Origin: Syntrophorhabdaceae bacterium
GTDB taxonomy: Bacteria > Desulfobacterota > Syntrophorhabdia > Syntrophorhabdales > Syntrophorhabdaceae
Reading direction: 5' to 3'
Length of the DNA: 64,000 bases
Assembly (NCBI GenBank): GCA_963665295.1
Contig: OY762209.1
Location: 1,344,001 to 1,408,000, forward strand
Part shown: positions 19,609-29,252 of the stretch, piece after piece
Layout: each line of letters begins with the position of its first letter
Numbering within the stretch: the stretch's first letter is position 1
Notes under the pieces: generated by a model
The model's database searches: none
What the model was told of the DNA's origin: nothing
The model's input: the letters and a program-made list of their open reading frames with translations, nothing else
Translations under genes and position numbers: made by a program

Positions 19609-20568
19609 TAATGTCCCACTGAACTTGAATTCACCGGAATCGCTCTTCTTCATCAGACATACGCCGTTTATTTCGCCACTGGTAGGCACTCGGATCAAGT
19701 GAATCTTCTCTGTCTTGAGATTGGCTACGCCGATATTATTCTTATATCTGCCTAAGCTGTCAATAAAGATTACTCGATCATCATCAATCCAACCGCCTAT
19801 TTCTTTGAATACGTGCCCGGTAAAGGATTGGACGGTTTTGCCCAACCTATCAGCGATAATCAAATGCCTGTTATCAGAGGAGGAATACGCTATAAGGTTC
19901 CCAGTTCTTGAAATGAAAGGCATTATCCCCTCAGCCCAGGGGGTAAGCACATGAGTCTCTGTATTCAAAAAATATATTCGAGGTGCTTCGCCCATTTTAG
20001 TCGCTCCCGACAAAGCCAATACTTTGCTGTCGGGACTCCATGACCAAGGAAATGCCCACCCTTCCTTAAACTCCCCGTAGTGCTCAAGAAGTCCATTTTT
20101 GAGATTCTTAACAAGAACCGACGCTCCATCTACCATTGCCAGCTTAGACCCATCCCTTGATAATACCGGGAACGCAGTCCAAGTATTGTCCAAATCTGCC
20201 AGACTTTCAAGCTTCATAGTAGCTGGGTTATACGTCTTTATGCGAACTCTATGTTCCATGTCGCCTGAAGAAAGCATTCTGGAGGTAAATATCTGATGAA
20301 ACATGAGCGTTTTGCCAGGCCCACATTTCAAGGCATTCAACTGGAAACTTCCATCTGGTTGTTGCCTCTTTGGCGCGGCATAAATTAATTCAGCTTTATC
20401 ATTTTCTGAACCAATTCTATATATCTTGTGGTTCGACAAATAGAATAGATCATTCCCAGGCGGCAAAATACTGCTCTTGTCCCCGTCAATGCCCACGCCC
20501 GTCGAACACCCCCCAATAAGACAGAATACACTAGTGATAAACACGAATGCTAATTGGCAAATCTTCAT
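19591..20568 (-). CDS. Lipoprotein with TolB-like beta-propeller repeats
   Basis: Lipobox IGGC; PVLSRDGSKLA and WSPDSKVLA repeats; the last residues GTLGTSIK* are encoded by the repeat element. Confidence 0.7.
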   Translation of the reverse strand: MKICQLAFVFITSVFCLIGGCSTGVGIDGDKSSILPPGNDLFYLSNHKIYRIGSENDKAELIYAAPKRQQPDGSFQLNALKCGPGKTLMFHQIFTSRMLSSGDMEHRVRIKTYNPATMKLESLADLDNTWTAFPVLSRDGSKLAMVDGASVLVKNLKNGLLEHYGEFKEGWAFPWSWSPDSKVLALSGATKMGEAPRIYFLNTETHVLTPWAEGIMPFISRTGNLIAYSSSDNRHLIIADRLGKTVQSFTGHVFKEIGGWIDDDRVIFIDSLGRYKNNIGVANLKTEKIHLIRVPTSGEINGVCLMKKSDSGEFKFSGTLGTSIK

Positions 20569-20694
20569 AGTACCTCACATCTCATTCAGGTATTTATTCC
20601 ACCCAGACACAGTACCATTTTGCATCTTATCCAGCGGTGAAGCAGTAGCAGAATTAAGCATCACCTTGGCCCAAGTTTGACAGTTAAACGTGAA

Positions 20695-20721
20695 GGGGAA
20701 CATTAGGGACGGGAACATTGG
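20695..20721. repeat. Cassette boundary motif GGGGAACATTAGGGAC-GGGAACATTGG
   Basis: Inverted match to GTCCCTAATGTCCC at 19604-19617. Confidence 0.65.
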
Positions 20722-20756
20722 CGAATTGTCCTGAGTCAAGGCTGACTCTTAATGGT

Positions 20757-21494
20757 TTACTCCAGTTTCCCCAAATAAGCATTAATTACTTCCAAGAAAT
20801 TATATACCCCGTGCGCAATGATGCAGGGGTATAGAGTACCCGACAGTTTATATAACAACCCAAGAAGCAAGCCGAAACCAAATGCCGAAACTAAATATGA
20901 CAGTAAGATTGTAACGTTCATGTGATGAATTTGGACTTGGGTCATGTGAAAAATGCTGAAGGCAGCGGCCTGAACAATTATGCCGAACGTCTCCCCCCAT
21001 TTTTTCCTCAGACCGGTGTACAAAAATCCCCTGCAGTAAATCTCCTCGGCTATCGGACCAAGAACGGTTAGAGGAAACCCGCTTATCGAAATTGGGACGG
21101 CTATAATCATGATAATATCCGATTTGCGTAACGCGGCCATAGAAGATAGCCTCCCGGACAGAAACGCGGCCATGCAAAAATATACGAGGCCGGATGCAAG
21201 TCCGATCCAGATGATTCTTTTCCTTCCCCAGTTTCCTTGCCTCAAACCTAATGATCGTAAGCCCAGACCGTACCGCTTTTTGATCCAGACCGTCGTGAGA
21301 AGGATAGAACTGACCGCTCCGAAGTACATTGCAACAGCCAACTGCGATCTATCGCTTAACCCGCTTCCCATGACAAGCAGAAGAATGGCGAAGACAATGT
21401 TTCCAACGAAAAGAATGGTTGACGCAGCTACAATATCACAGAGGCCCCATACCTTTGTGTCTTCAATTTCCACTATAGGCCCCAGACCATTCAT
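20757..21494 (-). CDS. CPBP/Abi (CAAX protease-like) intramembrane metalloprotease
   Basis: EEIYCRG, FSIFH and HGVYN motifs; ATG 21494 overlaps the upstream stop (ATGA). Confidence 0.88.
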   Translation of the reverse strand: MNGLGPIVEIEDTKVWGLCDIVAASTILFVGNIVFAILLLVMGSGLSDRSQLAVAMYFGAVSSILLTTVWIKKRYGLGLRSLGLRQGNWGRKRIIWIGLASGLVYFCMAAFLSGRLSSMAALRKSDIIMIIAVPISISGFPLTVLGPIAEEIYCRGFLYTGLRKKWGETFGIIVQAAAFSIFHMTQVQIHHMNVTILLSYLVSAFGFGLLLGLLYKLSGTLYPCIIAHGVYNFLEVINAYLGKLE

Positions 21495-21615
21495 CGCTGT
21501 TGCTCCGCCCTTCTCCTCTCCAATGCAGGCTGAATCCATCGGTTCCACACGTCCTTAAGTACGGTAAGAGCCTGCCCGTAAAATGTTAGACGAGCAGGCA
21601 CCCCTTCGGGTCCAT

Positions 21616-21682
21616 GGAACAATAGGGATATTAAACTATCAAATCAGCCATGCTATAGCCTTTCTCTCTCACCAAGGCTTCG
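21616..21682 (-). repeat. RAYT 3'-end remnant with GGAACAATAGGGA terminus
   Basis: Matches 10090-10150 and 3845-3885; minus strand reads EALVREKGYSMADLIV*. Confidence 0.7.
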
Positions 21683-21822
21683 TGGTTCCATTGTGAAATG
21701 ATGGCCTTAGTTCTTCCCGAGAGCTAATTGTCGAACATGGATAATACCTTTCGCATATCTGAATTGTGTTCTGATTTTTTCAATAATACAAGAAGAATTC
21801 TCTCAATGTCCCCAAAGTTCCT

Positions 21823-22269
21823 TCACCTGTTGCCCCGTTCAATACCTCCTCCGTCTCTAGTTTTAAGGAGTTTCTGATAGAGCATCGCTTCAATTCGGTC
21901 AATCTCAGCCTTTGTTACCGGTAAATCAGGTTTGGATGGATTAGCTATGATTATGCCAAAATTCACGCAAGTATCATTGTCCGAGCCGCGCTTGAAGTGC
22001 AACATTATTCGAATCTTCGCGCTATTATTGCCGTCCCTTGCAATTTTCTTCTGGTAGGCAGTAACCAACGCACCTGCATAGGGGTAACTATTTCCGCCGG
22101 TCCTTGCGTATCCGTTATCCTCGATCGTTCCTTTTATGGCATCCACTTCATTATTCGATATTTGCGATACAAGGAGTCTTTATTTTTGCGGGTCGAGCAG
22201 GGTGGCACATCCATAGGTAGAACTAATGAACCAAATACACAAAACCGTCACCGCAAGTATTCTCTTCAT
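21823..22269 (-). pseudogene. Lipoprotein with an in-frame TAA at codon 30
   Basis: MKRILAVTVLCIWFISSTYGC signal/lipobox; stop at 22180-22182; the same frame continues to 21823. Confidence 0.6.
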
Positions 22270-22524
22270 CGCGCGCCGTCACCCCGCCCGCCTTGTAGAA
22301 TACCGCCTTCTTCTGCTTGTTGAAAGCGTTAAAATCAGGGTACCTTGCGAGGGTCCCTATGGTTGAATCGGTGCGGGAAGGTTTAGGCACAGGGAATGGA
22401 TTTTCGTGACGCCCCTGCGCCCGTCATTCCACGGGGAGAGGGCCGGTGCGCGACGAGGGGATGGCAAAAAGGCTGTAATATGGCAGGGGGAAGGGGGCGC
22501 GGGTTGGGCGGCAGCAGTTCTTTC

Positions 22525-22551
22525 TTGACTTTTGACCGCTACATGTATAAT
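22525..22551 (+). promoter_or_regulatory. Probable sigma70 promoter of the rplU operon
   Basis: TTGACT (22525) and TATAAT (22546); spacing is short (15 bp). Confidence 0.45.
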
Positions 22552-22590
22552 ATAAGTAGTTTTTTTCTAAACTAAAGGAAGGAGTGTATC

Positions 22591-22920
22591 ATGTACGCCA
22601 TTATCCAGAACGGAGGCAAGCAGTACAGAATAGCGGAAGGAGAGAAGGTTAAACTCGAACTGTTCCCGGGTGCGGAAGGAGACGAGATTGACATAAGAGA
22701 AGTTCTCGCAGTGAACAACGGGGAGCAAATGCTGGTAGGCACTCCATATGTCGAGGGAGCAACGGTTCACGGGAAGGTACTCTCCCAGGGAAGGGCAAGA
22801 AAGGTTACGATCTTCAAGTACAAAAGAAGGAAAGACTACAAGAAAAAACAGGGACACCGCCAGGCGTACACTGAATTGTTTGTAGAAAAGATATTACTGG
22901 AGGCACCTCATGGCGCATAA
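22591..22920 (+). CDS. rplU: 50S ribosomal protein L21
   Basis: [12 protein letters not shown]...GHRQAYT. Confidence 0.98.
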   Translation: MYAIIQNGGKQYRIAEGEKVKLELFPGAEGDEIDIREVLAVNNGEQMLVGTPYVEGATVHGKVLSQGRARKVTIFKYKRRKDYKKKQGHRQAYTELFVEKILLEAPHGA

Positions 22921-23167
22921 AAAAGCAGGCGGAAGCTCAAGGAACGGAAGAGACTCGGACGGTCAGAGACTTGGCGTGAAGATATACGGCGGCCAGGCAA
23001 TCAAGGCGGGCAGCATCATCGTGAGGCAGCACGGCACGAAGATACACCCGGGGACAAACGTCGGCATGGGCAGGGATTTCACCCTTTTCTCACTGATCGA
23101 CGGTGTGGTAAAGTTCGACTCTTTTGGAGATGAAAGAAAGAGGGTGAATGTTTACCCTGCTGAATGA
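22910..23167 (+). CDS. rpmA: 50S ribosomal protein L27
   Basis: [16 protein letters not shown]. Confidence 0.99.
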   Translation: MAHKKAGGSSRNGRDSDGQRLGVKIYGGQAIKAGSIIVRQHGTKIHPGTNVGMGRDFTLFSLIDGVVKFDSFGDERKRVNVYPAE

Positions 23168-24162
23168 AATTTGTTGATGAAGCACGCATCCATGTAGAAG
23201 CAGGGGGTGGGGGACAAGGCTCAGCGAGCTTTAGAAGAGAGAAATTCGTTCCGAGAGGCGGACCGGATGGCGGTGATGGCGGAAAAGGGGGGGATGTAGT
23301 TATAACGGGGAAATCACACCTCACGAGTCTTCTGGATTTCCGATATAAACGCATCTACAGAGCAGAAAAAGGCAAAAACGGTAGTGGGGGAAACAAGAAG
23401 GGCAGGGACGGCAAGGACATATACGTCTCTGTGCCCCTGGGCACTATCGTGTATGATGAAAAGGATAACTCCATCCTTTGCGATATCACGAAGGATGGGG
23501 AGCTTTTTGTTGTCGCGAGGGGTGGCAGAGGGGGAAAAGGAAACTCCCATTTTGCATCTCCGACGCGCAGGGCTCCGACAATATTCCAACATGGTGAAGA
23601 AGGCGAAAAGAGGGACTTGAACCTTGTCCTCAAACTTCTCGCCGACGTGGGAATTGTGGGTCTGCCCAATGCGGGAAAATCGACCCTTATTGCGAAACTC
23701 ACGGACGCAAAACCGAAGATAGGGGATTACCCGTTTACTACATTGACGCCCACACTCGGCGTGTGCCGGGAGGGCGACGACATGTTTGTCATTGCCGATA
23801 TTCCCGGTCTTGTGGGGGGGGCTTCCCAAGGCAGGGGTCTCGGTATTACATTTTTAAGGCATATCGAACGGACGAACATGATACTGCTTGTCCTCGATGC
23901 CACCTCTCCCGACGTGGAGGGGGATTACGAGGTGTTGCGCCACGAGCTTTCGTCCTACAGGGAAGAGATACTTGAGCGGAAAAGGATCGTGGTGATCAAC
24001 AAGATAGACCTTGTTTCTCCGGAGGAGGCCGAAAAATGGGAATCCGCCTTTGCGGCCAGAGGGGAACAGGTGATGAAGGTAAGCGCTCTTAACGGATGGG
24101 GCATTGAGGCCCTTGAAGAAACGATAAGGGAGAAGGGGACCCAAAGGGTTACAGATGGCTGA
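23164..24162 (+). CDS. obgE: GTPase ObgE
   Basis: FVDEA, Gly-rich Obg domain, [21 protein letters not shown]. Confidence 0.98.
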   Translation: MKFVDEARIHVEAGGGGQGSASFRREKFVPRGGPDGGDGGKGGDVVITGKSHLTSLLDFRYKRIYRAEKGKNGSGGNKKGRDGKDIYVSVPLGTIVYDEKDNSILCDITKDGELFVVARGGRGGKGNSHFASPTRRAPTIFQHGEEGEKRDLNLVLKLLADVGIVGLPNAGKSTLIAKLTDAKPKIGDYPFTTLTPTLGVCREGDDMFVIADIPGLVGGASQGRGLGITFLRHIERTNMILLVLDATSPDVEGDYEVLRHELSSYREEILERKRIVVINKIDLVSPEEAEKWESAFAARGEQVMKVSALNGWGIEALEETIREKGTQRVTDG

Positions 24163-25267
24163 CACGGCAACGGTAAAAAGGGTTGTAGTAAAGATAGGCA
24201 CCTCCGTCCTGCTCGACATGGAGAACAAGGTCTCCATCGGCAAGATAGAGAGTATCGCAAAGCAGATAAAGGCCATACGGGACATGGGCATAGACGTGGC
24301 CATCGTATCGAGCGGGGCCGTGGCCTGCGGGATGGAAACCCTGCACCTGAAAAAGAAACCCCGGGAGATCGAAAAAAGGCAGGCCCTCGCATCTATCGGC
24401 CAGGTCTCTCTCATGAGGATGTACAAAGAGACCTTTGAACGGGAAAGGATGAACGTGGGCCAGATACTCCTCACCCACGAAGACATAAAGAGCAAAACCA
24501 GGTGCCTCAACCTGATGAACACGATGAACGCCCTTCTCGGCATGGACATCGTGCCCGTGATAAACGAGAACGACGCCCTGTCGTTCAAGGAAATAAAGTT
24601 CGGGGACAACGACAACCTTTCGGCCCTCATCGCCCAGATATGCGACGCCGACCTCCTGCTCCTCCTCTCCGATGTGGAGGGCCTGTATGACAAGGACCCC
24701 ACCAAGGAGCCTTTGGCCAGGATGATCGAGGTGGTGCCGAAAATAGACGCGGATATCGAGAAGCTCGCCGAAGGGACCAAGAGCGAGAAAAGCATCGGGG
24801 GCATGGTAAGCAAGCTGGAGGCGGCCAAGAAGGCGGGTTGTTACGGCATCTGCACGAGGATCGTGGGCGGCGGCGTGAAAAACATCATAGTGAGGACCGT
24901 CAAGGGGGAGCAGCTCGGGACCCTTTTCCTCCCCGGGAAGAAGCTGGGAAGAAGCAAATGGTGGACCGCCTTTGCCTTCAAGCCGAGGGGAGAGCTATGG
25001 ATCGACGACGGGGCTGAGAGCGCCATACTCCACCATGGAAAGAGCCTTCTGCCTTCGGGGGTCGTGAGACTCGAAGGGGATTTCAGGCAAGGCGACTGCG
25101 TGGAAGTGGAGAACACCAAAGGCGAGGTTATCGCGAAAGGCATCACGAACTACTCCTCGTCGGACCTGACCAGGATCAAAGGACTGAAAAGCCGGGAGAT
25201 AGAAAAGAAGCTTGGCTATAAATATACGGAAGAAGTGATTCACAGAGACCACATGGTGATTATATGA
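24155..25267 (+). CDS. proB: Glutamate 5-kinase
   Basis: [24 protein letters not shown] domain. Confidence 0.97.
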   Translation: MADTATVKRVVVKIGTSVLLDMENKVSIGKIESIAKQIKAIRDMGIDVAIVSSGAVACGMETLHLKKKPREIEKRQALASIGQVSLMRMYKETFERERMNVGQILLTHEDIKSKTRCLNLMNTMNALLGMDIVPVINENDALSFKEIKFGDNDNLSALIAQICDADLLLLLSDVEGLYDKDPTKEPLARMIEVVPKIDADIEKLAEGTKSEKSIGGMVSKLEAAKKAGCYGICTRIVGGGVKNIIVRTVKGEQLGTLFLPGKKLGRSKWWTAFAFKPRGELWIDDGAESAILHHGKSLLPSGVVRLEGDFRQGDCVEVENTKGEVIAKGITNYSSSDLTRIKGLKSREIEKKLGYKYTEEVIHRDHMVII

Positions 25268-26508
25268 AACCCGAAGAACTCGCATACGCGGCAAAACAGG
25301 CGTCCAATGTGTGCGCCCATATCCCGACGGAACAGAAAGACCGGGCCCTTCTCGCCCTGAAGAGGATGATAGTCGAGAATAAGGAGTACCTCTTTGAAGA
25401 GAACCGGAAGGACATAAGGGAAGCCGAGGAAGCGGGCCTTCAGCGAGCCATGGTAGACCGGCTCCGGATCGACGGAAAGATTATCGACGAGATGGCGGCG
25501 AGCCTTGCCGATGTAGCAGCCCTTCCCGACCCCGTCGGCGAGATCGTGAAGATGTGGAAGAGACCGAACGGACTGAGGGTCGGCAGGATGAGGATACCCA
25601 TAGGGGTGATCCTCGTTATCTACGAATCCCGCCCCAATGTCACTGTGGAGGCCTTCTCCCTTTGCCTGAAGAGCGGCAACTGCGTAATCCTGAAAGGCGG
25701 CTCCGAAGCCCATAATTCCAACATGGCCCTCTATCGCCTGATCGGTGAGGCCCTCGCGGAGGCAGGCATCCCCACGGACGTGGCGCAACTGGTGCCGACA
25801 AGGGACAGGGCTTACGTGTATAATCTCCTGAAAATGGACGAACAGATCGACCTCGTCATCCCGAGGGGCGGCGAGGCGCTCATAAGAAGCGTGGTCGCCG
25901 AGTCCCGTATTCCCGTGCTGAAGCACTACAAGGGCGTGTGTCACACCTTTGTCGACGCGTCGGCGGAAATGGAGATGGCCCTCGCCCTATGCCTCAACGC
26001 AAAGGCGCAGAAGCCGGCCACGTGCAATGCCGTGGAAACCCTTCTCGTCCATGCAGGGATCGCCCATGCCTTCCTTCCCCCCATGGCAGCGCTTTTTGAA
26101 AAACACGGGGTGACCTTGAAGGGTTGTGAAAAGACAAGGCAGATCGTGAAGGGGATAGAGGAAGCGACCGAGGCGGACTGGTACGAGGAGTACCTTGACC
26201 TCACCCTTGCGGTAAAGGTAGTGGAGGATATGGACGAGGCAATCGCCCATATACGGAAATACGGCTCGGACCATACGGAAGCGATAATCACCTCCGACTA
26301 CCGCAGTTCATGGCGTTTTCTCCAGGAGGTAAACTCTTCCCTCGTGCTTGTCAACGCATCCACGAGATTGAACGACGGCTTTCAACTCGGCCTCGGGGCG
26401 GAGATGGGCATCAGCACCACAAGACTGCACGCCTTCGGACCCATGGGGCTCGAAGAACTGACGGTGACAAAGTTCATCGGCCTCGGGGAGGGCCAACTGA
26501 GGGTATAA
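25264..26508 (+). CDS. proA: Glutamate-5-semialdehyde dehydrogenase
   Basis: [27 protein letters not shown]. Confidence 0.98.
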   Translation: MKPEELAYAAKQASNVCAHIPTEQKDRALLALKRMIVENKEYLFEENRKDIREAEEAGLQRAMVDRLRIDGKIIDEMAASLADVAALPDPVGEIVKMWKRPNGLRVGRMRIPIGVILVIYESRPNVTVEAFSLCLKSGNCVILKGGSEAHNSNMALYRLIGEALAEAGIPTDVAQLVPTRDRAYVYNLLKMDEQIDLVIPRGGEALIRSVVAESRIPVLKHYKGVCHTFVDASAEMEMALALCLNAKAQKPATCNAVETLLVHAGIAHAFLPPMAALFEKHGVTLKGCEKTRQIVKGIEEATEADWYEEYLDLTLAVKVVEDMDEAIAHIRKYGSDHTEAIITSDYRSSWRFLQEVNSSLVLVNASTRLNDGFQLGLGAEMGISTTRLHAFGPMGLEELTVTKFIGLGEGQLRV

Positions 26509-27143
26509 TGGGCATCGGCATATTCGGCGGCACCTTCGACCCGGTCCACATAGGACATCTCAGGGCAGCAGAGGAGATAAGGGAATCCTTCGGCCTCGAA
26601 AAGATCTTCTTCGTGCCCGCCTACATCCCGCCCCACAAAAGGGGCAAGCGGATTGCGGATATCGACGAGAGGGTGGGGATGCTTAAGACGGCGATCAGGG
26701 GCAATGCATACCTGCGCTTCTCCGATCTGGAGATAAAGCGGGGTGGCGTCTCTTATTCCATAGATACCATAGAGACTTTTGAAAAGAGATACGGGGAGGT
26801 TTACTTTATAGTGGGGCTCGACGCCTTTCTGGAAGTGGATACATGGCACCGTTACGGGGAGCTTTTTTCCCATGCGAATTTTATCGTCATGCTCCGGCCG
26901 GGAGAGCGCGAGGAGTCCGGCCTCGATGCGTTGCCCAGGGACCTTTTGGACATGGTCACAAGGATCGACGAGTCCACCCTGCTCCATGCCTCGGGGAGAA
27001 AGATATACTTCCCGCGGATTACTCAGCTTGATATTTCGTCAACACGCATACGGGAGGCGTCGAAAAATCAAAAATCGATCAAATATCTTGTTCCCGACAG
27101 GGTAGAGCGGTTCATACAACAGAGGGGGTTATACAATACATAG
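26508..27143 (+). CDS. nadD: Nicotinate-nucleotide adenylyltransferase
   Basis: GGTFDPVHIGH, ISST; ATG overlaps the proA stop (TAATG). Confidence 0.96.
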   Translation: MGIGIFGGTFDPVHIGHLRAAEEIRESFGLEKIFFVPAYIPPHKRGKRIADIDERVGMLKTAIRGNAYLRFSDLEIKRGGVSYSIDTIETFEKRYGEVYFIVGLDAFLEVDTWHRYGELFSHANFIVMLRPGEREESGLDALPRDLLDMVTRIDESTLLHASGRKIYFPRITQLDISSTRIREASKNQKSIKYLVPDRVERFIQQRGLYNT

Positions 27144-27520
27144 TGGATACTAAGGAAAAGGCCCTGCTTGCAGGGAAGTACGCGGATGAGAAAAAGGGAC
27201 TCGATATCTCGGTGATCGAGCTTACAGGCCTCACGGACATTGCCGATTATTTCGTCATCGTGAGCGGCACGAGCGACAGGCACGTAAGAACCCTCGCCGA
27301 CCATGTGGAAAAGAGCCTGAAGGACGCGGGCGTAAAGCCCTACTCCGTTGAGGGGCACCAGCTTGGAAGATGGGTGATTATCGACTACCAGAATGTGATC
27401 GTTCACATTTTTCTCGAGCAGTTAAGAGAGCTTTACGACCTCGAAAGCCTGTGGATTGAGGCAAAGAAATACAGGATTGAAAGAGAAAATACGCAATTAG
27501 AGGTGCAAAATGGAGAATGA
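27143..27520 (+). CDS. rsfS: Ribosome silencing factor
   Basis: DYFVIVSG...WVIIDY...YDLESLW; typical nadD-rsfS synteny. Confidence 0.95.
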   Translation: MDTKEKALLAGKYADEKKGLDISVIELTGLTDIADYFVIVSGTSDRHVRTLADHVEKSLKDAGVKPYSVEGHQLGRWVIIDYQNVIVHIFLEQLRELYDLESLWIEAKKYRIERENTQLEVQNGE

Positions 27521-27878
27521 GAGACTCGAATACTTTAGGAAGAGACTGCTGAAGATGCGTGCGGACATCCTGAACAAGGCCAAGAAGCTCAAGGAAGATT
27601 CCTATTCACTGGGAACGGACGGCATCCAGGATATGGCCGATGCCGCAAGCAACTCATACACGTCGGACATACTTATGAGTATAAGTGACAATGACCTGCA
27701 TCTTCTCAAGGACATCGACAGCGCCCTCGACAAGATAGCCCACGGGACATACGGCGTCTGCGAAGAATGCGAAGAAAAGATAAACGAGAAAAGACTTGAA
27801 GCAAATCCAGTAGCGCGCTATTGTATTACATGTAAGAGACAAATGGAAGAAAAAGGAGCGGAAAGGCGGGGCGTTTAA
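27510..27878 (+). CDS. dksA: DksA/TraR family C4 zinc-finger protein
   Basis: DMADAA coiled-coil tip; CEEC...CITC. Confidence 0.85.
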   Translation: MENERLEYFRKRLLKMRADILNKAKKLKEDSYSLGTDGIQDMADAASNSYTSDILMSISDNDLHLLKDIDSALDKIAHGTYGVCEECEEKINEKRLEANPVARYCITCKRQMEEKGAERRGV

Positions 27879-29252
27879 GTGAAATACAAGTTATTCTTCT
27901 TCCTCTTTTTGCTGTTCTTTATCCTCTATCTGGGAGTCTCCCATCTTAACCCGGAAAACGTACGTTTCTATGTAGGATTCGGTAAAAGTTACGAAGACAG
28001 CGTTGCGCACTTCGTGGCCATATCCTTTGCCCTCGGCATGCTCGTCGCTTTTGTCATCGGTTTTTTTCACGACATAAGGAATTCACTGGTGGCGTGGAGG
28101 GGACGGAGGAAGGACAAGAGGTTCGATGAGTACCGTGACGTCATAGAGAAGGCAAGGGCATACGACCTCAGAGGAGACAGGGAAAAGGCAGTGGAGAGTA
28201 TGAGCCGCCTTGTAAAGAGGGGGCCCGACATGGAAGAACCCTATCTGGTTCTTGCGGATATGTACTCCTCCATGAAAGAGTACAACAAGGCGATCGAGAC
28301 CCTCGACTTCGCCCAGGTACACCTGGGCCGGAAGGAGAAGGTCCTGCTCAGGACGGTGAAGGCCCGCCTTGCCGCGAAGAATCTGCAGAAGGTCGAATCG
28401 GGGCTGAAGGAGATTGTAAGCCTCAACGAATCGAACCTGGAGGCCCTGGGTCTTCTCAGGGACTACTACATAGACAAGAGGGAGTGGGATAAGGCCCTCG
28501 ACGTGGAGAAAAGGCTTCAGAAGTTCATCAAGACCGATGACGAGAAGGGAAGGCTTCTCGGCATCAGGTATGAGATATCGAGAACCCTCTTCGACAAGAA
28601 GGACGTGGATTCCTATGAGACCATCACCACGGACCTGAAAGAGATCATCAACGAAAACAAGCGGTTCGTACCGGCCTATGTCCTTCTCGCGGATACGTAC
28701 AAATGCATGCAGAAAACCAACGACGCCGCAAGGGTCTATGCGAGGGGTTGGGCGAAGACAGGTCACATGGTCTTCCTCCTCAAGATGGAGGACCTTTACA
28801 TCGACCGGGGCGACCCCGGTGTCATACTGAAGATCTACCGGCGGATACTCGACGTGTCCCCCAAGAACCACCTCACCTCTTTTCTTTACGCCCGCCTTTG
28901 CCTGAGGCTCGAAATGATCGATGAGGCCATAGACACACTCAACCTCCTTATCGGGGAAGGGCAGGAGTTCAGAGGGCTCCACAGGGCCATGGCGGAGGCG
29001 TATTTTCACAGGGGCATGATGGAAAAGGCAATCGAGGAGTTCAGGACCGCCTTCCCCATGAAACAGGTCTATATCCCCTTCACGTGTAACAATTGCGGGT
29101 CCGTCAAAGAGGAGTGGATGGATTTCTGCGAGAGTTGCCTGAGCTGGAACACGATCCGCGTGAACCAGGACGAGTTCATGTCTGCCGAACCCCAGGAGAT
29201 CAGGATGCTGTCGCAAAGGGAAGACTGGGAAGAGGGAGGACAGGTGCTATGA
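27879..29252 (+). CDS. TPR membrane protein, LapA/LapB-like, with C-terminal rubredoxin-like CxxC pairs
   Basis: Two N-terminal TM helices, TPR-like helices, CNNC...CESC. Confidence 0.7.
   Translation: MKYKLFFFLFLLFFILYLGVSHLNPENVRFYVGFGKSYEDSVAHFVAISFALGMLVAFVIGFFHDIRNSLVAWRGRRKDKRFDEYRDVIEKARAYDLRGDREKAVESMSRLVKRGPDMEEPYLVLADMYSSMKEYNKAIETLDFAQVHLGRKEKVLLRTVKARLAAKNLQKVESGLKEIVSLNESNLEALGLLRDYYIDKREWDKALDVEKRLQKFIKTDDEKGRLLGIRYEISRTLFDKKDVDSYETITTDLKEIINENKRFVPAYVLLADTYKCMQKTNDAARVYARGWAKTGHMVFLLKMEDLYIDRGDPGVILKIYRRILDVSPKNHLTSFLYARLCLRLEMIDEAIDTLNLLIGEGQEFRGLHRAMAEAYFHRGMMEKAIEEFRTAFPMKQVYIPFTCNNCGSVKEEWMDFCESCLSWNTIRVNQDEFMSAEPQEIRMLSQREDWEEGGQVL

Noticed and set aside
723..22360. CRISPR array or classical integron explanation for the recurring motifs
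   Set aside because: Spacing is irregular (0.1-3 kb), motifs occur in both orientations, and there are no cas or intI genes.
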